Assembly (NCBI RefSeq): GCF_963921235.1
Contig: NC_086097.1
Span: 109,494,001-109,558,000, forward strand
DNA from: Mobula hypostoma
Lineage: Eukaryota
Length of the DNA stretch: 64,000 nt
Direction: 5' to 3'
Below the pieces are notes generated by a model. That model did no database searches. It had not been told where the DNA came from and saw only the letters and a program-made list of their open reading frames with translations. This document shows positions 27,190 to 38,294 of this stretch, one piece after another. How positions within the stretch are numbered: position 1 is the first letter of the stretch; each line of letters starts with the position of its first letter. A program made the position numbers and the translations under genes.

Positions 27190-28387
27190 GGTACCTCTTC
27201 CTAGAGATGCTGCCTGGCCTGCTGCGTTCACCAGCAACTTCGACGAAAGAGCTGATTGTTGACTTCAGGAGGGGTAAGATGAGAGAACACAAACCAATCC
27301 TCATAGAGGGATCAGAAGTAGAGAGAGTGAGCAGGTTCAAGTTTCTGGGTGTCAAGATCTCTGAGGATCTAACTTGGTCCCAACATATTGACACAGCTAT
27401 TAAGAAGGCAGGATGGTGGTTATATTTCATTAGGAGTTTGAAGAGATTTGTTTTGTCAGCTGAAACACTCGAAAACTTCTATAGATGTACCATGAAGAGC
27501 ATTCTGACAAGCTGCATTACTGTCTGGTATGAGGGGACTACAGCACAGGACTGAAAGAAGCTACAGAAAGTTATAAAATTAGCCAGCTCCAACTTGGGTA
27601 CTGGCCTCCGTAATATCCAAGACATCTTCAAGGAGCCGTGCCTCAGAAAGGCGATGCCCATTATTAACAACCCCCATCACCCTCTTCCCATTGTTACCAT
27701 CAGGAAGGAGGTACAGAAGCCTGAAGGCACACACTCAGTGATTCAGGAACAGCTTCTTCCCCTTTGCCATGAGATTTCTAAATGGACATTGAACCCACGA
27801 ACACTATCTCACATTTTTTTTAAATTATTTCTGCTTTTGTACTATTTTTAATTAACAATTTAATATATATATATACTTACTGTAATTGATTTTTTTCTTT
27901 CAATGTTATCATGTATTGCATTGAACTGCTGCTGCTAAGTTAACAAATTTCACGACACATGATGGCAATAATAAACCTGATTCTGATTCTGAATGAAAAT
28001 CAGTTGCATCTTGATTTAACATTTCTGAACTGCAACTCAAAATTAAAGCCTCGTCTCAAGTTACAATTATTTTCCGATATTTCAGAATGTGTGGTGCTGG
28101 GCTCTCCTTCCATTACACTGGAGAACAAAGATTTTGCTTCCTGGATACTTTTGGGTGTATCTTACAGGTTTTGGGCTGTTGATAATGAAAATCACCATGA
28201 AATTTCCCTATCACACAATATTTTTTAAAAAATCAATGATATTTGTTATTTTAATTCATAATTCAACTCAGAGTAACTGATGTCAAGATTAAGGAAGACA
28301 TTTTTGTTGGTTAACATATCAATCAGGTCACTAATGGCAGACAATTCAATGAACTTCCTTAATCTTGACATCAGTTACTCTGAGTTG

Positions 28388-28567
28388 AATTTTTTCGAAT
28401 GTGTTGCTTCCTCATACATCTTTGGTGGTTACAATACAATGCTTGAAGCTGAACACAAGTATAATTCCAGACTACAAGTATCACCTGGAATTATATTTGT
28501 GTTCAGCTTCAAGCATTGTATTGTAACCAGCAAAGATGTATGAGGAAGCAACACATTCGAAAAAATT
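28388..28567. repeat. Near-perfect inverted repeat: 83-bp arms, 14-nt spacer, 2 mismatches
   Basis: Arms 28388-28470 and 28485-28567 compared base by base. Confidence 0.95.
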
Positions 28568-28797
28568 TGCTGTCTCGTCTTATTATCTGGTGCTGAGGCA
28601 CCTGTAACAGGTAGTGTGGTGAGGGTAAAGTAAGTATTTTTGTGTTTGTATTTTCCTGGTGCAATGAAAAAAAGTGCTTCTGCTGTGAGACTTCATGAAG
28701 TCCATAGTTAATGTTCTGAATAAGACTGTCACTAACTTGCTGTTTTGCTGGTGGGACAAGGAATACTGTGATTGTAATGAAGGATGAAACATATCAG

Positions 28798-29040
28798 ATT
28801 TATTTATTTTGGGATAGTGCACGGTAACTGGCCCTTCCAGTCAATGAGTCCGCGCTGCCCAATTACACCTGTGTGTTTAATTATCCCACTTACCCGTACA
28901 TCTTTGGACTGTGGGAGGAAACTGGAGTACCCGGAGGAAACCCGGAGAACATACAAACTCTTTGCAGACAGCTGTGGAGCTGAAACCAGGTCGCTAGTTC
29001 TGAAACAGTGTTATGCTAACTGCTATGCCACTGTGCCATA
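28798..29040 (-). mobile_element. V-SINE-like element
   Basis: tttggactgtgggaggaaactggagtacccggaggaaaccc. Confidence 0.7.
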
Positions 29041-29216
29041 TAACATACCTTTGGGAATCTACACTACTTGCAACACAAATTGCTTTTAAGAAATTAGGCA
29101 GTTACGTTCAAATACACGGCCCAAAGGAGAGCAACAGAACTAGTAAGAACACGATTAGTAAGTCCTGTAATTTAAAGAAAGATAGTGCAAATAGTTTTAC
29201 CTAACATCCTACTTAC

Positions 29217-29328
29217 TGTTTTCATTGCTTCTCTAAATTGTCGAGCCCGATCCTCAAGAAGAACCTCTAATTCTTTGACCTCTTCACGCACTGCCTGGTG
29301 TAACTTCTGTAGCCATCTCACATCCTCT
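29217..29328 (-). CDS. ITPRID1: Internal coding exon of ITPRID1-like gene ((R)EDVRWLQKLHQAVREEVKELEVLLEDRARQFREAMKT)
   Basis: gtcttctgacag|AGAGGATG...ATGAAAACA|gtaagt. The 112 nt are 1 + 37 codons with no stop and complete the split AG+A Arg codon. Heptad coiled-coil pattern, similar to remembered ITPRID1 [33 protein letters not shown]. Too short to appear in the ORF track. Confidence 0.82.
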
Positions 29329-29719
29329 CTGTCAGAAGACAGTGATTAATTAAATAACCCTTGACTGATACTCAAGCACAACATTTATTGGAAAAGAATG
29401 TATCAAATGAACTATCAATATTCATCCTGACAATGAATAGATATCTGGATATCCTCAAAGGGCTGGTGAACTTCAGACAGCTTTGGGTCAATCATATAAT
29501 CAAGAACATCAAGTTCACTTGAAGATTATGAGTGAATTAATTGGGTTTCAGCCCTTGAAGTTTGTAAAGAGGATGGTAGCTAATAGCATTTAGTTTTACT
29601 GTAATTGGATTTGGTTTTGCTTCTCTGGGCTGCAAACTCAGTAAAACAAAACTTCACGAGTAAAAATATCTATCAGATGAACTTCTAGATGTGTATACCT
29701 CCAATACCGGAAACTTAGT

Positions 29720-30212
29720 ATGTTATCAAAGACTCAAGCAAACTTCTACAGGTGTACCGTGGAGAGCATTCAGACTGGCTGCACCTCTGCCTGGGATGGA
29801 GTACAGCTGCAGGATGGAAAGAGGCTGCAGAGTGTTATTGACTTCACCACGGGCACAATCCTCCCCACCATCGAGGACATCTTGATGTCTCAATAAGGTG
29901 CCATCCAACATTAAGGACCATCACCATTCAGGGCATGCCCTCTTCTCATTACTACCATCAGGAAGGAGGAACAGGATCCTGAAAGACCCACAGTCAGTAA
30001 TTTAATAACAGCTTCTTCCCCTCTGCCATCAGATTTCTGAATGGTCCATGAACCCATAAACACTTACTATTCCTCTTTTGCTTTATCTATTTGTAACTTA
30101 TTTACTTATTGCAACTTATAGCATATTTTTAATGTTTTGCACTGTACTGCTGCCACAAAACTACAAATTTCATGACATATGTCAGTGACAATAATTTTGA
30201 TTCTGAATTTGA
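29720..30212 (+). mobile_element. Rex1/Babar-like LINE 3' fragment
   Basis: Visibly similar to 27470-27990 (ttctacaggtgtaccgtggagagcatt...taccatcaggaaggagg...cagcttcttcccctctgccatcaga). Confidence 0.7.
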
Positions 30213-31718
30213 TTTAACAGCATAGTTGTGAAATGGAGAGTTCTTTAATTTTATCCAAGTGCTAAATGTGTGATGTGGTGGTTTATATATGTGATAGTCC
30301 ACTACTGTATTGAGATCTCCTTCCATTTCCTTCAGAAGAGATGTACAATGTACATGTCCTATTAAGTCTCATATAAGACATAAGCAACTGAGGACAAAAG
30401 CAACTATGGACATGTTTCTGCCTCAATCTGGGCCAGTTTTATATTCACACAAATTAATGAGCAGAATTATGTTTCCCAGGAGATCAATTAATCCTTTTGC
30501 ATCAGAACGCATAGATAAAGAGGTACTGTATACTGGGACACCAGAAATGTTGATTGTGGGCCATATTGGCTCCCAGCTGCCATTTTCTGACCCATGAACA
30601 ATTTATGAGATGCCATGTGATGTGTGAAGACATCTTTGAAGTATTACGTAACTGTGCTCTGAAACTTTTCATCACGTCAACTCCCGATCTGTCAATGGTT
30701 ATGATAACACTGTAAAAATTTCTACCATGCCAACCACAGGTAAACCAGCCCATAAATTTCATTAATTCAACAACAACACGGTAATGTTAGTTAAAGTCGT
30801 ACTATTTCTAGGCTTATTACAATATTTATCAGGTTATTAAAGTAATAATTAACACCGAACCCTAAACCATGTCACCACATCACACATGCTTTCACTGAAG
30901 ACAATTGAAGATTCTTTTGGGAAGTACGGCTCATTTCTCAGAGAGAAACTGCTTGATGAATGGAGTAATACGTTTTACAGCCGTCCACACGAGAGACAAT
31001 CTTTCAGGTCTGTGTTGCTCTCATGTATTCCCTTCCCCCCAGTTTCTGATCCTTTCTCCTGCCCTCCAGAATGTGTTGTTTTCTCTTGCTCTCTCTCTCC
31101 CTCCCCCTTCCTCTCTTCCTCTCCCTGTCTCTGTCTCTCCATGAATTTTTGCTCAGGATTCAGGACTTCCCAGACAAATTTTCTTGCTTCTTGTTGTGAT
31201 AGCTAGCAATGAAATGGCGTTTTTAATTCATGGAGATACACTCTAACAGTACAAATCCATTTCAAACCATGGCAGTAGGGTAGTTCATATCAATGACCAG
31301 ATTTCATGAAGTTGTCTGTCTCAGTAAATGGGAAACCTGTTGTTGTTCTAATAGACTCCCATTAAACATGGACTGGAGGCACTGTGTTGGAATCCAGGTT
31401 TGCATCTGAGTCCAGCATTCAGAGGGTGCTACAATATTTTTTAAATCCCAACTCTGAATGAGACAACGTTGATAACTTACAGGTGGAAATAAAATACCAC
31501 ACCACTACTTCAAATCTGAATCCTGTCAGTTGATTGTCCTCTGATTGATATTGCATAGCCTGGGGCTATTAAAATCATCTACAATATTCATGTGCTGTAA
31601 AAACACAAAACGCTGTAAATGCTCAGGAGGTCAGGTCGCTTCTGTGGAAAGAGAAACCGAGCTGACACTGCAGATTGTCAGACCTGGGAATGAGACAAAA
31701 GAAGCTTGTTAAACTCAG

Positions 31719-31912
31719 AGCAACACACACAAAATGCTAGAGGAGCTCAGCAAGTCAGGCAGCATCCATTGAATGGAATATACAGTTGACATTTCATGCT
31801 GAGATGCTTCATCAGGATTAATAAAGGGTCTTGTCCCTAAATGTCAACCATTTATTCCCCTCCACAGATGCTGCCTGACATGTTGAGTTCCTCCAGAATG
31901 TTGTGTGTTGCT
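31719..31912. mobile_element. Old palindromic element made of two inverted Penelope-type ends joined at degenerate hammerhead cores
   Basis: agcaacacacacaaaatgctagaggagctcagc...cttcatcagga is followed by ...aagggtc...aaatgtcaacc...gagttcctccagaatgttgtgtgttgct. Confidence 0.7.
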
Positions 31913-34475
31913 ATAAGCTTAACTTCCTTGTGCTTTTGTTAAACATATATGTGTGTTTATTATTCACTACCAATTATTTCCCCGACTTTTTTTCCTGTTT
32001 TCATTTTTCTAATATCTATTGCAAGGAACCTACAACAACAGCAATATGGCCTAAAATCTATTCCCTATGTATGTTACATCAACTAGGCAATGAAGTACAG
32101 ACAAGGCCAAACCCTTGAGTAATCAATTTTGCTGATAACACAGCAGTAACCATATAACAATTACAGCACGGACACAGGCCATCTTGGCCCTTCTAGTCCG
32201 TGCCGAACTCTTACTCTCACCTAGTCCCACTGACCTGCACTCAGCCCATAACCCTCCATTCCTTTCCTGTCCATATACCTATCCAATTTTTCTTTAAATG
32301 GTAATATCAAACATGCCTCAACCACTTCTACTGGAAGCTCATTCCACACAGCTACCACTCTCTGAGTAAAGAAGTTCCCCGTCATGTCACCTCTAAACTT
32401 TTGTCCTTTAACTCTCAACTCATGTCCTCTTGTTTGAATCTCCCTCATTCTCAATAGAAAAAACCTATCCACGTCAACTCTATCAATCCCCCTCATAATT
32501 TTAAACACCTCTAGCAAGTCTCCCCTCAAACTTCTACGCTCTAAAGAATAAAGTCCTAACTTGTTCAACCTTTCTCTGTAACTTACGAGATGAAACTCAG
32601 GCAACATTTTAGTAAACCTCCTCTGTACTCTCTCAACTTTATTGACATTTTTCCTATAATTCGGTGACCAGAACTGTACACAATACTCCAAATTTGGCCT
32701 TACCAATGCCTTATACAATTTCAACATTACATCCCAACTCCTATACTCAATGCTCAGATTAATAAAGGCCAGCATACCAAAAGCTTTCTTCACCACCCTA
32801 TCCACATGATATTCTACCTTCAGGGAACTATGCACCACTATTCCTAGATCCCTCTGTTCTACAGCATTCTTCAATGTCCTACCATTCACCATGTATGTCC
32901 TATTTTGATTAGTCCTACCAAAATGTAGCACTTCACATTTTTCAGCATTAAACTCCATCTGTCATCTTTCAGCCCACTCTTCTAACTGGCCTAAATCTCT
33001 CTGCAAGCTTTGAAAACCTATTTCATTATCCACAACGCCACCTATCTTAGTATCATCTGCATACTTACTAATCCAATTTACCACCCCATCATTAGATCTT
33101 TAATATATATGACAGACAACATTGGACACAGTACAGATCCCTGAGGCACGCCGCTACAAACCGTCCTCTAATCTGACACATACTACTCTCTGGCATCTCC
33201 CATCTAGTCACTGCTGAATCCATTTTACTACTTTGATATCAATGCCTAACGATTGAACCTTCCTAACTGACCTACCGTGTGGAACCTTGTCAAAGGCCTT
33301 ACTGAAGTCCATATAGACAACATCCACCGCTTTACCCCCATCAATTTTCTTAGTAACCTCATCAAAAAATTCAATAAGATTTGTCAAACATGACCTTCCA
33401 CACACAAATCCATGTTGACTGTTCCTAATCAGACCATGATAGACGATGGTATATAATCCAGATAATTATATATACCATCTCTAAGAATACTTTCCATCAA
33501 TTTACCCACCACTGACATCAAACTCACAGGTCGATAATTGCTAGGTTTACTCTTTTAAACAATGGAACCACATGAGCAACACGCCAATCCTGCGGCACCA
33601 TCCCCGTTTCTAATGACGTTTGAAATATTTCTGTCAGAGCCTCTGCTATTTCCACACTAACTTCCCTCCAGGTCCTAGGGAATATCTTGTTCAGACCCGG
33701 AGACTTATCCACTTTTATATTCCTTAAAAGTGCCAGTACTTCCTCTTCTTTAATCATCATACTTTCCATAACTACCCTTTTTGTTCCCTTTACCTTACAC
33801 AATTCAATATCCTTCTCCTTAGTGAATACTGAAGAAAAGAGATTGTTCAAAATCTCCCCTTCTGCACATAGCTGTCCACACTGATTCTCTAAGGGACCAA
33901 TTTTATCCCTCCCTATCCTTTTGCTATTAACATAACTGTAGAAACCCTTTGGATTTATTTTCACCTTGCTGGTCAAAGCAGCCTTGTATCTTCTTTCAGC
34001 TTTTCTAATTTCTTTTTTAAGATTCTTTTTACATTCTTTATATTCCTCAAGCACCTCATTACCTTCAAGCTGCCTATATTTATTGAAGATCCCTCTCTTT
34101 TTCTGAACCAAGTTTCCAATATCGCTTGAAAACCATGGCTCTCTCAAACTTTTAACCTATCTTTTCAACCTAACAGGTTTTTAACCTTCAAAATTTCACC
34201 TTTAAATGACCTCCATTTCTCTATTACATCCTTCCCATAAAACAGATTGTTCCAATCCACTCCTTCTAAATCCTTTTGCATCTCCTCAAAGTTAGCCTTT
34301 CTCCAATCAAAATTCTCAATCGTAGGTCCAGTCCTATCCTTCTCCATTATTATATTGAAACTAATGGTATTGTGATCACCGGACCCGAAGTGCTCCCCAA
34401 CACATACCTCCGTCAACACACATCAAAGTTGCTGGTGAACGCAGCAGGCCAGGCAGCATCTCTAGGGAGAGGTGC

Positions 34476-34511
34476 AGTCGACGTTTCAGGCTGAGACCCT
34501 TCATCAGGACT
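34476..34511 (-). ncRNA. Minimal hammerhead ribozyme motif
   Basis: Minus strand reads AGTC-CTGATGA-AGGGTCTCAGCCT-GAAACGTC-GACT. Confidence 0.77.
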
Positions 34512-34788
34512 AACTGAAGGAAGAGTTAGTAAGAGATTTGAAAGAGGTTGTGATTGTGGGAGATTTTAATTTTCCACACATAGACTGGGAAGCCCATTCT
34601 GTCAAAGGGCTGGATAGTTTGGAGTTTGTCAAATATGTGCAAGATAGTTTTTTGCAGCAATACATTGAGGTACCAACTTGAGAAGGGGCAGTGTTGGATC
34701 TCCTGTTACGGAATGAGATAGGGCAGGTGACGCAGGTATGTCAACAACAGGAATTCTTTCAAATCTCTTACTAACTCTTCCTTCAGTT

Positions 34789-34824
34789 AGTCCTGACGAA
34801 GGGTCTCAGCCTGAAACGTCAACC
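34789..34824 (+). ncRNA. Minimal hammerhead ribozyme motif with a mismatched helix I
   Basis: AGTC-CTGACGA-AGGGTCTCAGCCT-GAAACGTC-AACC. Confidence 0.6.
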
Positions 34825-36036
34825 GTACCTCTCCCTAGAGTTGCTGTCTGGCCTGCTGCGTTCACCAGCAACTTTGATGTGTGTTGCTTGAATTTCCAGC
34901 ACCTGCAGAATTCCTGTTGTTGACATACCTCCGTCACCTGCCCTATCTCCTCTCTCCTAGTCTCTTTAACTTGATTCCCTCCTCCAAACCATTCTAGTTT
35001 AAAATCACCTCAGTAGCCCTTGCAAATCTCCCCGCCAGGATATTGGTCCCCCTAGCATTCAAGTGTAATCCTTCCTTTTTGTACAGGCCACACCTGCGCC
35101 AAAAAAGGGTCCCAATGATCCGAAAACTTGAATCCCTGCCCCCTGCTCCAATCCCTCAGCCACGCATTTATCCTCCACCTCATTGCATTCCTACTCTCAC
35201 TGTTGCATGGCACAGGCAATAATCCCAAGATTACTACCTTTACAGTCCTTTTTTTCAACTCCCTTCCTAGCTCCCTATATTCTTCTTTCAGGACCTCTCC
35301 TCTTTTCCTACCTATGTCATTGGTACCTATATGTACCACGACCTCTGGCTCCTCTCCCTCCCACTTCAGGACCTCGTGGATGCGATCAGAAACATCCCAG
35401 ACCCTGGCACCAGGGAAGCAAACTACCATCTGGGTCTCCGGACTACATCCACAGAATTGTCTATCTGACCCCCTAACTATCAAGTCCCCTATTACTACTG
35501 CCCTCCTCTTCCTTTCCCTACCCTTCTTAGTTACAGGGCCGGACTCTGTGCTGGAGGCACGCCATTGTTGCTTCCCCCAGGTATGCTGTTCCCCCCAACA
35601 TTACTCAAACAGGAGTACTTATTGTCAAGGGGCACAGCCACAGGGGTACTCTCTATTACCTGATTCTTCCTATTCCCCCTCCTAACCTCGACCCACTTGT
35701 CTGCCTCCCATGGTTCCGGTGTGACCACCTGCCTGCAAATCCTCTCTATCAACTCCTCACTCTCCCTGACAAGACGAAGGTCATTGAGCTGTAGCTCCAG
35801 TTCCCTAATGCGGTCTCTTAGGCACTGCACCTCGACGCACCTGGTGCAGATGTGGACGTCCGGGAGGCTGAGAGACTCCAGGACCACCCACATCCAGCAC
35901 GGAGAACAACAAGCTGCCCTCACACTCAAACTTTCCCCTCTCCTCAAATAAGGGGTCTCATCATCTACAACGATGAGACAGCCTACAGAGACAGCTTGAG
36001 GACTAATACTAGGCAAATAATCTCTTTCTCAATGTC

Positions 36037-36600
36037 ATAGAACACTACCGCACAGAAATAGGCCCTTCAGTTCAACTAGACCATGCCAAATTATTAATAT
36101 GCCTAGTCCCATCAATCAACACCCAGATCATAGCCACCCATCCATGTATTTATCCAATTTATCTTAAATGTTGAAATCAAACCCATTTACACTACTACTG
36201 GCAGCTGGTTAAACACTGTCACCACACTCTGAGTGAAAAAAATTCACCCTCATGCTCCCCTTAAATATTTCACCTTTCACACTTAACCCATGACTCTTAG
36301 TTCTAGTCTCACTCAACCTCAGTGGAAAAAGTCTACTTGCATTTACTCTATCTAGACTCCTCATAATTTTGTACACCTCTATCAAATCTCCCCTCATTCT
36401 TCTGCACTCCGGGGAATAAAGTTCTAACCTTTTCAATTTTTCCATATAACTCACATCCCAAAGTTCTGGTAACATCCTTGTAAACTTTCTCTGCACTCTT
36501 TCAATTTGATTAACATCTTTTCTGTAGATAGAAGACCTAAACTGCACACAATACTTCAAATTAAGCTTCAACAATGTCTTATACAATTTCAACATAACAT
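36037..36600 (-). mobile_element. Old CR1 3' fragment
   Basis: ORF 36209..36595 (LKYCVQF...RRMRGDLIEVYKIM). Confidence 0.85.
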
Positions 36601-36639
36601 AATTCAGTACTGTAATTTATGATGGCCAATGTAGGTAAC

Positions 36640-36915
36640 TCTGACCGTGAAATGATTGTGGTGCCAGACAGGGTGGTTTGAATATTTTAGAAACCGCTGA
36701 TCTCCTGGGATTTTCATGCACAACAGTCTCTAGATTTTACAGAGAACAGTGCAAGAAACAAAAAAAAACAGTGAGCAGCAGTTCTGTGGAAGAAAGTGCC
36801 TTGTTAATGAGAGAGATCAGAGGAGAAAGGCCAGACTGGTTCAAGCTGCCAAGAAGGTGAGAGTAACTCAACAAAACATGCGTTACAACAGCGGCATGTA
36901 GAAGATCAGCTTTGA
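36640..36915 (+). mobile_element. Tc1-like transposase N-terminal remnant
   Basis: ORF 36678..36860 has ETADLLGFSCTTVSR (HTH-like) and is similar to 22680-22900. Confidence 0.65.
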
Positions 36916-36916
36916 A

Positions 36917-37177
36917 TGGGGCGGCACGGTAGCGTAGTGGCTACCACAGTATGGGTGCCCTGTATTCAATTCAGACTGCTGCCTGTAAGGAGTTTGTACA
37001 TTCTCCCCCGTGACTGGGTGGGTTTCCTTCAGGTGCTCTGGTTTCCTCCCACAGTCCAAAGGTGTACTGGTTGGGAGGTTAATTGGTCATTGTAAACTTT
37101 CCCACGATTAGGCTCGGATGAAATCAGGGATTGCTCGGCGGTGCGGCTCTATTCTGCGTTGTATCTCAATAAATAAA
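36917..37177 (+). mobile_element. tRNA-headed V-SINE-like element
   Basis: Head ggggcggcacggtagcgtagtgg, V-domain-like gggtttccttcaggtgctctggtttcctcccacagtccaaag, and (AATA)n tail. Confidence 0.75.
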
Positions 37178-37319
37178 CAAGCAAATAGATATGTAATTGC
37201 ATTACATCACTGTCAGATTTATACACAATACTATTGTTCTTACTTCACAATTAAATATTTTACCAAACAATTGCGATATCTTTAATAATCCAACTCTTCC
37301 TCTGTTAACCTGCTCATAC

Positions 37320-37444
37320 CTTTCTTCTTCAGTTAAAGCAATGTCGACTGAACCCTGGTCTTCAATGATGTCTTGTTCTATGTCCACCAATGTATTCTGA
37401 AAACTCTGCAGACATTGCTTCATGCTATCAATTTCCTGTATGGC
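37320..37444 (-). CDS. ITPRID1: Internal coding exon of an ITPRID1/CCDC129-like gene (AIQEIDSMKQCLQSFQNTLVDIEQDIIEDQGSVDIALTEEE+AG)
   Basis: Minus strand reads ...aattccccgcag|GCCATACAG...GAAGAAGAAAG|gtatga. The 125 nt are 41 codons + 2 and join in phase to the exon at 29328. The peptide resembles the remembered ITPRID1 segment (EMEAMKTICQSFREHLEEIEQ...MSEEER) and the ITPRID2 segment (ELQVMRRSLNLFR...MTEEER). Identity is from recall only. Confidence 0.8.
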
Positions 37445-37939
37445 CTGCGGGGAATTTCACAAGGCATTCAATTAGTTTTATGAACTGTGATTGAAAAGAA
37501 ATAAAACTGCAGATGTTGAGGACTAAAATAAAAACAAGAAAGTACTGCAAAAACTTGGCAGGATCTGTGCAGAGAAAAAGAGTTTCTATTTCACGTCCAA
37601 ACATTCTGTTGTACTTAGCCATGCCTCAGAATCAATGAATGGTGAATGTACAATTTGGATCCTTGATCCTTGGAACTGAAGTAACCTTCAGAAAGGTGAG
37701 GAATATCATCCCTCAGTGGCAGCACACCGGCTCACTCCTGTGGCAAGCACAATTTTACTTGGTTATGTTTTCTTTTCTTCTACTAGTCAGGACCCCACCA
37801 AATCTGATATAGTATAGCATCAGGTACAACACTTAAAAGCGAAATTACATTCAGTTCAGTGTGAGGTTGTCTTTACGGGGTTGAATTCAACACATCAGCA
37901 TTAGCCAGGCTGATCTTTATATGTTGGGAACTCACAGAT

Positions 37940-38285
37940 TAATGGAACACAGATAAGACCCTTTGGCCCAACAATTTCACCCATTTTGTCCCAATTTCCT
38001 GTGTTTAGCCTATAGCCCTCTAAGAACCAATTTTCCATGTACCTTTGCAAGTGCTTCTTAAGTTACGCTACCGTACTGGCCTCAATCACTTTTTCTGGTA
38101 GCTCATTCCATATACTTAACTATCACTGCATGAAAAAGTTACTTTTAATTCTTTCCCCTCTCACCCTAAATTTGTGCTTTCCAGTGTTGGACTTACCTAT
38201 CTTGAGGAAAAGATTGTTACCATCCACCTTATCTCTGCCCCTCATGATTTTATAAACCTCTAATAAGGTCACCCCTCATTATCCA
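37940..38285 (-). mobile_element. Old CR1 3' fragment abutting the left edge of the satellite
   Basis: ccctcatgattttataaacctctaataaggtcacccctcatt is the reverse complement of the RGDLIEVYKIMRG-type motif. Confidence 0.7.
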
Positions 38286-38294
38286 GCACTGGTG

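Larger units (their letters stand above)
25550..27241 (-). mobile_element. Penelope-like element: RT C-terminus + GIY-YIG endonuclease + 3' pLTR, with an inverted partial pLTR at 27057-27241
   Basis: ORF 25986..26732 has CKRNKCYTC...VIYCVRCSRCGLLYIGVTRRRLGDRFAEH...PVATHFN...QPHGMN. Upstream in frame is STDVYYKPTDSHSYLDYSSSHP. 11-bp TSD GACGAAAGAGC at 25539-25549 and 27242-27252. Confidence 0.93.
25443..27990 (+). mobile_element. Rex1/Babar-like LINE 3' fragment hosting the Penelope insertion
   Basis: Rejoined translation WCHSNNLALSVSKTKELIVDFRR...FKFLGVKISEDLTWS...LYFIRSLKRF...SILTSCITVWY. AATAAA and (TTCTGA)n tail at about 27970-27990. Confidence 0.8.
34416..34922. mobile_element. Non-coding Penelope-derived insertion: inverted pLTR pair enclosing an inverted piece of the host CR1
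   Basis: 14-bp TSD ACATACCTCCGTCA at 34402-34415 and 34923-34936. pLTR(-) at 34416-34545, CR1 APE fragment on + at 34546-34741, pLTR(+) at 34755-34922. Confidence 0.88.
32147..35935 (-). mobile_element. CR1 LINE (ORF1 plus internally deleted ORF2), interrupted by the Penelope-derived insert
   Basis: ORFs 35531..36016 (CSPC...HICTRC and leucine-zipper-like run), 35052..35483 (esterase), 33524..34147, 33208..33405 and 32221..32958 (RT C-terminus). The N-terminal APE region is missing at about 34950. Confidence 0.92.
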
